In this document: in pieces, positions 25,590-31,722 of the stretch
How the letters are laid out: every line of letters starts with the position of its first letter
Position numbering within the stretch: position 1 is the first letter of the stretch
Source: Acaryochloris marina MBIC11017
GTDB taxonomy: Bacteria > Cyanobacteriota > Cyanobacteriia > Thermosynechococcales > Thermosynechococcaceae
Direction: 5' to 3'
Length of the DNA stretch: 32,000 bases
Assembly: GCF_000018105.1 (NCBI RefSeq)
Contig: NC_009925.1
Location: forward strand, 5,850,001-5,882,000
Notes under the pieces: generated by a model
Seen by the model: the letters and a program-made list of their open reading frames with translations, nothing else
What the model was told of the DNA's origin: nothing
The model's database searches: none
Program-made: the position numbers and the translations under genes

Positions 25590-25709
25590 GGATAAACGCA
25601 TATAAGCATTGCTAGACATTGCTTCTGGAATATTGAAATTTGTATTAACTGATACACTATTCCTTTTTTAAGATTTTAATTATCATTGTTTTTTGCATAT
25701 GCGTTATCC
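25590..25709. repeat. long-range inverted repeat GGATAAACGCATAT / ATATGCGTTATCC enclosing ~93 bp of AT-rich DNA
   Basis: The left arm is 25590-25603 and the right arm 25697-25709. The arms are complementary except for one extra A on the left. Weaker complementarity extends into the flanks (AGG...AAGCA versus TGCA...CCT). Confidence 0.6.
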
Positions 25710-25752
25710 TAGATAAATCTTGTCTAAACCTTGTCTTTTTTTAGGGGGAAAA

Positions 25753-25893
25753 ATGCAGATCTGGAAACTGGTAACCATTGAATTAACGCTAATTTTTGCT
25801 TATTGTCTTGTTTTGGTCTTTAACGTCTTTAATTCCAACCAAAATGCCCAATATCCTGTGCAATCAAATATTCAAGTCACTCGCCCGAATTAA
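25753..25893 (+). CDS. 46-codon ORF for a single-pass hydrophobic peptide (below the ORF-track cutoff)
   Basis: My translation is ATG 25753, MQIWKLVTIELTLIFAYCLVLVFNVFNSNQNAQYPVQSNIQVTRPN, TAA 25891-25893. A G-run (GGGGG 25744-25748) lies 4 nt upstream of the ATG. A strong hairpin terminator starts 51 nt after the stop. There is no homology evidence. Confidence 0.35.
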   Translation: MQIWKLVTIELTLIFAYCLVLVFNVFNSNQNAQYPVQSNIQVTRPN

Positions 25894-25943
25894 TGCTTCT
25901 CAGTACGCGTAAAAGCGCTTATTGATCACCCGTAGATTAAAGC

Positions 25944-25980
25944 CCCCTGCTAGTTTTGATGGCTAGCAGGGGTTTGTTTT
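25944..25980 (+). terminator. rho-independent terminator (possibly bidirectional, also closing the minus-strand hpn operon)
   Basis: CCCCTGCTAG (25944-25953), a 9-nt loop and CTAGCAGGGG (25963-25972) are followed by TTTGTTTT (25973-25980). On the minus strand the same 10-bp stem is followed by the weaker GCTTTAATC. The hpnI stop is at 26019. Confidence 0.7.
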
Positions 25981-26018
25981 ATCGTTGAATTGCCAGGCAA
26001 TAAAAAAGCCAGAAAACA

Positions 26019-27170
26019 CTATCCAGTGGAAATTATTTGGGTAAGCTTGCCATTTTTGCGCAGCTTATACCGATATCCACGCCATTCCACTGTCGTTCCC
26101 ACCATTCCATAGCCCCAAATGGCAAAGTTGATCAAGTCCCGCAGGGGGACCAACCACCATAGCCTCTGAGCCACCCGATCATGAAGATAGTAGATCGCAA
26201 TCACCCAAGCCATTAACCAGCGGCTAGCTAGCATAACGACCAGTACAGACCACCCCAAAATGGACCCTTGAGTTGCCAGCAGAAATAAGACTCCACTTGT
26301 GGTGCCAAAGGTGAACAGTAACCCCACGTAGCCCCAGAAACGCTCTACACGGATACACCGAGCCCAGCGAGCTTGTCGATGAAAGAATTCAGATAGATTT
26401 GTGGTCGCCAGTTGATGTTCCACAATATAGGGGGACAAAACAACCTGATAGCCTACTTGGGTGGGCAAATTCCCCATATGGAAATCATCAGCCAGGTGAT
26501 CTGCTAAGGCCGCAAAACCTCCAATCTTGGCTAAGGCCGCTTGTCGAATCACAATAGTGGAACCAAAGGCAAAATGCATTCCTTCCAATTTATGGGCCGC
26601 GAGTACATTGGCATGGTTGCGGGTGGTAATCCCCAAGGCTTCAAATCCAGCTAACCAGCCCTTAGCCCAAGAATTATAGAGGCAAGTCACCACGCCCACT
26701 TCAGGGTTAGCCAAGGGTTGAACAATTTGCTGTAAATAATCAGATTGAACCAAAATATCGCAATCGGCCAGCACTATCACGTCATGCTTAGCCTTCTCCA
26801 CCCCATTGGCCAGATTGCTGACTTTCAGATTGGTACCAATGGTGCGATCGCACACTACCAACTCAATATCCACATCAGGGAATGCCAAAATTAGCTGCTC
26901 TACAACGGGAAGACAGGGGTCCGTCGCCTCCCGTACGCTAAAGATGACTTGATATTCAGCATAATCCTGATGGCAAAAGGAAGCTAAATTCTCGTAGGTG
27001 TTTACATCAACGCCACATAGGGGTTTGAGGATGGTCACCGGAGGATGAAAGTCAGGATCAACCCGATGGTCTTGACGGAAAAAATCAACCGTCGCATAGA
27101 TGGCATAGCAGTAATACAGTACCGCCGTGCAGCAAAACGGAAAGATTAGCCAAGGAAGATAAGCAGTCAT
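26019..27170 (-). CDS. hpnI: hopanoid-associated glycosyltransferase HpnI (GT2/ceramide-glucosyltransferase-like)
   Basis: PPVTILKPLCGVD, QDYAEYQVIF, NLKVSNL, VLADCDILV, VGVVTCLY, LADDFHMG, RQARWAR match the HpnI / ceramide-glucosyltransferase-like pattern. It is clustered with hpnK and hpnJ. The track start at 27227 would overlap the upstream gene by 34 nt. The ATG at 27170 (MTAYLPWLIF) is the likely start. Confidence 0.8.
   Translation of the reverse strand: MTAYLPWLIFPFCCTAVLYYCYAIYATVDFFRQDHRVDPDFHPPVTILKPLCGVDVNTYENLASFCHQDYAEYQVIFSVREATDPCLPVVEQLILAFPDVDIELVVCDRTIGTNLKVSNLANGVEKAKHDVIVLADCDILVQSDYLQQIVQPLANPEVGVVTCLYNSWAKGWLAGFEALGITTRNHANVLAAHKLEGMHFAFGSTIVIRQAALAKIGGFAALADHLADDFHMGNLPTQVGYQVVLSPYIVEHQLATTNLSEFFHRQARWARCIRVERFWGYVGLLFTFGTTSGVLFLLATQGSILGWSVLVVMLASRWLMAWVIAIYYLHDRVAQRLWWLVPLRDLINFAIWGYGMVGTTVEWRGYRYKLRKNGKLTQIISTG
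26844..26851. repeat. HIP1 octamer GCGATCGC
   Basis: Read directly, inside hpnI. Confidence 0.95.
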
Positions 27171-27193
27171 ACACCCAACATGGAAACAGGGGC

Positions 27194-28027
27194 CTAACCC
27201 GTTAAAGAAATAATGCCCACACCCCAACCAATGACAATAATGCCAGCTAACCGTCCTGAAGAAATATGCTCCTTAAGGATAAAGTGGGCACCACAGAGAT
27301 TGATAATGTAGCCCAGGCCGGTAGCCGGGCGAACCAAGCTAATATCAGCCCAGCTCAAGAGGGAAATAAACATCAAAAATGAAACGGTATAGCTTGCAAC
27401 CCCGATTAATACCCCTGGATTTACAAATACACTTTTCAGCCACTGCAGAATGGAGGTCAGAGACCGAGCTGAAAACTTGCCAATTTTCTTGACGCCACGG
27501 GCCACCAAAATATCTGCCGTACAGTCAGCCAAGACCAGTACTAACACGCCTAACCACATCTTGGGCAAGTAGAAACTCAAGGGCAGCAGCAGCATCCAAG
27601 AGGACTTTATATTGGGATCAGCGTCTTGCTGCAACTGGGCTTTGCGATCGTCTATTCGCTTACTCCAACCCACAATAAACACGCCCAACGAGATAAAAAT
27701 TGCCGCCAACCAACGGGCTAAAGAAACCGGTTCTTTCAGAATCAGCCAAGCCATAAGGGCATTGAGAACATAGCTAAAGGCATGCATGGGCAGCACAAAG
27801 CTCATATCCAGCCGAGTCAGGGATACGAGATAAATGAGCATAGAAATCGTGAGGGTGACGACCCCCAAGCCAATCCAAGGGCTTGTGAATAAATAACCGA
27901 CTAACTGCCCTAGGGCATCCGGATGAAATGACGTGATCTCACCAAATACTTTCATCCCCCGACTCAGCCAAATATCACCGAGCACTTGAGTAGAGATAAG
28001 CAGGAAGATAAGCAGGAAATTGATCAA
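27194..28027 (-). CDS. DMT-superfamily (EamA-like) membrane protein with internal two-fold repeat, function unknown
   Basis: 277 aa with ~8-10 TM helices. The two halves resemble each other (LSRGMKVFGE...SFVLPMHAFSYVLNALMAWLILKEPVSLARWLAAIFISLGVFIV versus VARGVKKIGKF...ISLVRPATGLGYIINLCGAHFILKEHISSGRLAGIIVIGWGVGII). The TTG start overlaps the hpnK stop (TTGA, 28024-28027). Confidence 0.7.
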   Translation of the reverse strand: MINFLLIFLLISTQVLGDIWLSRGMKVFGEITSFHPDALGQLVGYLFTSPWIGLGVVTLTISMLIYLVSLTRLDMSFVLPMHAFSYVLNALMAWLILKEPVSLARWLAAIFISLGVFIVGWSKRIDDRKAQLQQDADPNIKSSWMLLLPLSFYLPKMWLGVLVLVLADCTADILVARGVKKIGKFSARSLTSILQWLKSVFVNPGVLIGVASYTVSFLMFISLLSWADISLVRPATGLGYIINLCGAHFILKEHISSGRLAGIIVIGWGVGIISLTG

Positions 28028-28899
28028 AATGCGGCTGAAGCGATGAGTTCAGGATAATTGGTTAATTGAAATCCACTGGCCTGGAGCTGCGCTTTCACAG
28101 GTGGGCTAAGCAACGCCGCCAGCTCCCGCTCTCCCGCTCCCTCAGGGCCATTGATCGGTTCATGGGGATATGCGATGGCAGGATGGGCATATAGCTCTAC
28201 AACATTGGCCTGAATTTGGGGAATTAATCTCATCAAATAGGACTCCGTTACAGCGCCAGATTGCAAAAGCCCGTAGACCCGCTCAGCATACCGTATCCCC
28301 TGGACCGAAAGCACCCGTTCCCCATGACGACGCAGCAGTCGAAACACAGACCAGCCCAGTCCCTTAGCTAGCCAGCCCTGGGAATCTGCCTTTAAGGTAT
28401 AGGTCAACTCCTCATAAGGAAGCCGGATGATGGGGATGTTGTATTTTGGCGCTAAAGCCATTAAGACGTTCAGGACGGCAGGATTAGCATGGTGGTGTAA
28501 ATGTCCATCCACATGGGAAAGGGACAGACCTGTTGCTAGAAAGCACTGAAGTTGGGCTTCTATTTCTTGGTGTAGTTCTCGGCGAGCCGCCTGATTGAAG
28601 TAGTATCGCCAGCCCGCCTGAGCCGGATTATCAGGGAACTGACCCTGCTCATCCACCAAGTGAGGAATTTGCTCAGGAGGCAGTACTGCTTTGCCACAGC
28701 CCAACACCACATGCAGACCCACGCCCAAACTGGGATGCTGCTTAGCTAGGTCAACCGCCTCGTCAACCGCCTCCCCTGCCACCATCAGACTGGTACTGGT
28801 GAGAATGCCTTCAGTATGGGCTTGAATAATACCTTCATTCACCCCATGGGAAAATCCAAAGTCATCACCATTGACGATTACATACCGTGGGGATGTCAT
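28024..28899 (-). CDS. hpnK: hopanoid-associated YdjC/ChbG-family deacetylase HpnK
   Basis: The YdjC-like N-terminus VIVNGDDFGFSHGVNEGIIQAHTEGILTSTSLMV is followed by GVGLHVVL and SHVDGHLHHH. It is clustered with hpnI and hpnJ. Confidence 0.85.
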   Translation of the reverse strand: MTSPRYVIVNGDDFGFSHGVNEGIIQAHTEGILTSTSLMVAGEAVDEAVDLAKQHPSLGVGLHVVLGCGKAVLPPEQIPHLVDEQGQFPDNPAQAGWRYYFNQAARRELHQEIEAQLQCFLATGLSLSHVDGHLHHHANPAVLNVLMALAPKYNIPIIRLPYEELTYTLKADSQGWLAKGLGWSVFRLLRRHGERVLSVQGIRYAERVYGLLQSGAVTESYLMRLIPQIQANVVELYAHPAIAYPHEPINGPEGAGERELAALLSPPVKAQLQASGFQLTNYPELIASAAF

Positions 28900-28929
28900 T
28901 GCCGCCCTAACCTGATCAAATAGGGCATC

Positions 28930-29817
28930 TTAGCCTCCCTGGACCGATGGAACTGGATTGCGACTGGGCCAGAGACGCAGGCAGGTCAAAGCCAGCTTGG
29001 ATAAGCGAGGCATCAATAGGGGCTGAAGCAATTGCTCGTCAAACCGTTGCATGCGTTGTTGATTGGCATCCAAACAAGTCTTAAAAAACTGGTTGGCCGT
29101 TAAATCGTCCATAAAATGCCCAGCTTCAGAAGCTGTAAAGGGCTTGCCTTCCTGCTGATCCGCACTGCCGCCAAAGGCTTGAATTAAAGTCTTTAAAGCC
29201 TTGCCATAATGCCATAGAGCCCGGAAACTGCGGAGCCCTTCCACGTTCCACCCCTGCTGAATGTGCAGGTAGGTTACCCAATTGACGAAGAAGACAATAT
29301 GGCGGGCTTCTTCATCCAAAATCGGGTCAAAAATCTTAAATACGCTTTCCGGCATGTACTGGGCTTGGCGGGCTAGATCAAACATGCCAAAGGCAAAGTA
29401 AGAATCCAGGCATTCGCCAAAACCAAAATCCGTAAAGGCCGTTTCTATCTGATCAGGAACGGTAATCTCGGGTAGGGGTGACACTTCAATGTCGTAGCGT
29501 TCGATCAGATGCCGCAATAAACGGGCATGGCGATGCTCTTCTCGACCTTGGAGCGCTACGGCTTCTTTAATCAGGGGGTCCGTAATGGTTTCGGCAAAAG
29601 CACTGACCATCACTCCGGCTTCACTCTCTGTTAGCAGTGCTTCCCGCCAGAAGGGAATTCTCCGCAATCGTTCCAGGGAGACTGGATCGAGGTTTGGCCA
29701 GGGTAAATTCTCAGGTTCATAGTCTAAATAGGTGTCCAGAAAGCTGCGACAGAACAGTTGCTTATGTTCTCTGCTACCTAATTTCATCATCACTTGCATA
29801 ACCCCCAATGATTTCAA
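28930..29817 (-). CDS. ferritin-like di-iron carboxylate protein (oxidase/hydroxylase/desaturase-like), function unknown
   Basis: It carries two EXXH motifs (REEHRH and DEEARH) plus upstream acidic residues (LTESEAG and FGFGECLDS), giving the six-ligand pattern of four-helix-bundle di-iron enzymes. The track start at 29817 is a TTG. An ATG at 29799 (MQVMMKL) is an alternative. Confidence 0.7.
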   Translation of the reverse strand: MKSLGVMQVMMKLGSREHKQLFCRSFLDTYLDYEPENLPWPNLDPVSLERLRRIPFWREALLTESEAGVMVSAFAETITDPLIKEAVALQGREEHRHARLLRHLIERYDIEVSPLPEITVPDQIETAFTDFGFGECLDSYFAFGMFDLARQAQYMPESVFKIFDPILDEEARHIVFFVNWVTYLHIQQGWNVEGLRSFRALWHYGKALKTLIQAFGGSADQQEGKPFTASEAGHFMDDLTANQFFKTCLDANQQRMQRFDEQLLQPLLMPRLSKLALTCLRLWPSRNPVPSVQGG

Positions 29818-29878
29818 TTTGTATTAGATGGTTCCCTAACTGACGGTGTATTTAATGGTTTCCAAAATCCCTAACTTT

Positions 29879-29898
29879 CCCCTCCAGGGCGGGAGGGG
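29879..29898 (-). other. GC-rich stem-loop in the hpnJ / di-iron gene spacer
   Basis: CCCCTCC (29879-29885), a 6-nt loop, GGAGGGG (29892-29898). No U-tract follows on the transcribed (minus) strand. Two copies of TCCCTAACT (29833-29841 and 29868-29876) lie next to it. Confidence 0.5.
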
Positions 29899-29938
29899 AG
29901 TCCTGTCGAGAAGGTCACTGAATCCTCCGGGGGCAACC

Positions 29939-31390
29939 TTACGCTTTGGCTGCTGCGCCGGTTTGTCGCTCTTTCAAATAGGCAAAGAACTCCCGCCCTT
30001 CCCGTAAACGGCGGACCAACATTTGCGGGTCTCCTAGCATTTCACCCACAATCGGAATAATCGCTTGAGGTCGGAAGTAGAACCGACGATACATGCGCTC
30101 TACAGCATCCTCAATCGCGGCACTCGAAAGATTGGGATAGGCCAAGGTTGAGGTTTGAATCCCGGAATCTGCTAACAGAGAGGTATCGCTAAACCAGTTA
30201 TTCTCTTTAGCCTGGGCGTAAAGGGCTGTGCCGGGATAAGGGGCCGCAATCGATACCTGAATGGTATGGGGGTTCACCTCACAGGCAAACCGAATTGTTT
30301 CTTCGATGGTTTCCTGGCTTTCGTTGGGAAGGCCAATAATAAAGGTGCCGTGGACGGTGATACCGAGTTTGCGACAGTTGGCCATAAACTTCCGAGCCAC
30401 TTCCAGTTTGATGCCCTTATTGATGCCGTCCAGAATTTGCTGATTGCCAGACTCAAACCCCACTAACAATAGCCGGAGGCCGTTATCTCGCAACTGCTTG
30501 AGGGTGTCGTAGTCTAGATTGGCCCGGGCGTTACAGCTCCAGGTGAGTTTGAGGCGTTTGAGATGTTCACTAATTGCGATCGCACGAGGTTTATCAATCG
30601 TAAACGTATCGTCATCAAACATATATTCCCGCACCGTATCGCCAAACAGGTACTTGGCCTGCTCCATTTCTTTGCCCACGGCTTCGGGGCTTTTAGCGCG
30701 GTAATTATGGCCACCAATGGTTTGGGGCCACAAACAGAAGGAGCACTTAGCCGGACAGCCACGCCCCGTGTAAAAGGAAATATAGGGATGGAGAAGATAG
30801 CCGATGAAATACTTTTTGATATCCAAATCGCGAGCATAAACGGGCAGGACGCTCGGCATGGCATCCCAGTCGTGGATCAGGTCCCGCTCGGGATTGTGTT
30901 GAATTTGATTATCTGCGTCGCGATAGCTAAGCCCCTTGATTTCTGATAGAGGCAGACCTTCGGCCACATCTTTGCAGGTATAGTCAAATTCGTTGCGACA
31001 GACAAAATCAATAATGGGGTTATCCCGCAGGGTTTCTTCCGGCAAAACGGCAACGTGGGCACCAATAAAGCCAACCCGAGTACCAGGCTTTTGGGCCTTA
31101 ATCGCTTCCGCACATTTGACATCATTGGCAAGGGAAGGCGTGCTGGTGTGCATAATCACCAAGTCATAATCCTTGGCGACCTTAAGCACATCTTCGACGG
31201 TTTGTTCATGGGGAGGGGCATCAATCAGCTTACTTCCTGGCACTAAGGCTGCAGGTTGGGCCAGCCAGGTGGGATACCAAAAGGAGGTAATTTCTCGTTT
31301 GGCCTGATACCGGGCACCAGCACCCCCATCAAATCCATCAAAAGAGGGGGGACTCAAAAATAAGGTTTTCTGCACAGTTTCACTCCTCAC
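29939..31390 (-). CDS. hpnJ: hopanoid-associated B12-binding radical SAM protein HpnJ
   Basis: The N-terminus KTLFLSPPSFDGFDGGAGARYQAKREITSFWYPTWLAQPAALV is characteristic of HpnJ. Radical-SAM cluster motif GRGCPAKCSFCLWPQ (CxxxCxxC) is preceded by a B12-binding-like Rossmann region. GTG start at 31390, with an alternative GTG at 31375. Confidence 0.9.
   Translation of the reverse strand: MRSETVQKTLFLSPPSFDGFDGGAGARYQAKREITSFWYPTWLAQPAALVPGSKLIDAPPHEQTVEDVLKVAKDYDLVIMHTSTPSLANDVKCAEAIKAQKPGTRVGFIGAHVAVLPEETLRDNPIIDFVCRNEFDYTCKDVAEGLPLSEIKGLSYRDADNQIQHNPERDLIHDWDAMPSVLPVYARDLDIKKYFIGYLLHPYISFYTGRGCPAKCSFCLWPQTIGGHNYRAKSPEAVGKEMEQAKYLFGDTVREYMFDDDTFTIDKPRAIAISEHLKRLKLTWSCNARANLDYDTLKQLRDNGLRLLLVGFESGNQQILDGINKGIKLEVARKFMANCRKLGITVHGTFIIGLPNESQETIEETIRFACEVNPHTIQVSIAAPYPGTALYAQAKENNWFSDTSLLADSGIQTSTLAYPNLSSAAIEDAVERMYRRFYFRPQAIIPIVGEMLGDPQMLVRRLREGREFFAYLKERQTGAAAKA
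30576..30583. repeat. HIP1 octamer GCGATCGC
   Basis: Read directly, inside hpnJ. Confidence 0.95.
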
Positions 31391-31722
31391 TTAAAGATGC
31401 AGTCACAGCAAAGTTTCTAGCTTTAGAAACATCAATTGAGGACCATCCCTCAAACGCCCAGAACACTGAAGCAACCATAGCCTATCAAAAACTGGCCTTG
31501 CATGGCCGTGGGTTCTGTCTCGGTTGCAGTTGATTTATCCAGTCGGGATAGATATTATGGCAGTTCTGCTCCTTGAAACGCCAAACGTTAGTTTTAAATT
31601 GCATTCTGGATGGGTTTTAAACCGTCTGATTCAACCAGCGGAACAAATCGTTTCTTCAAATCGCTATTATTGGGGACCACCGCTCGATATTCTGTGATCA
31701 CGATCAGTTAAAGGATGAGATA

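Noticed and set aside
25321-25686. Two copies of TAATTATCAT as Fur boxes
   Set aside because: Only an 8-nt core (ATGATAAT on the complement) matches the 19-bp Fur consensus. Such matches are expected by chance in DNA this AT-rich. I mention them inside the gap findings but do not call them as regulatory features.
27171-27227. N-terminal extension of hpnI (track start 27227, MGCGHYFFNGLGPCFHVGC)
   Set aside because: It overlaps the 3' end of the upstream DMT gene by 34 nt and is Cys/Gly-rich. The ATG at 27170 begins directly with the first TM helix, as expected for HpnI-type transferases.
28170-28367. 65-aa + strand ORF
   Set aside because: It is antisense to hpnK, and its composition is typical of a shadow ORF.
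30261-31246. Cluster of eight 60-127 aa ORFs on both strands
   Set aside because: All lie inside hpnJ, whose frame shows the radical-SAM CxxxCxxC motif and the conserved HpnJ N-terminus. The others are out-of-frame or antisense shadows.
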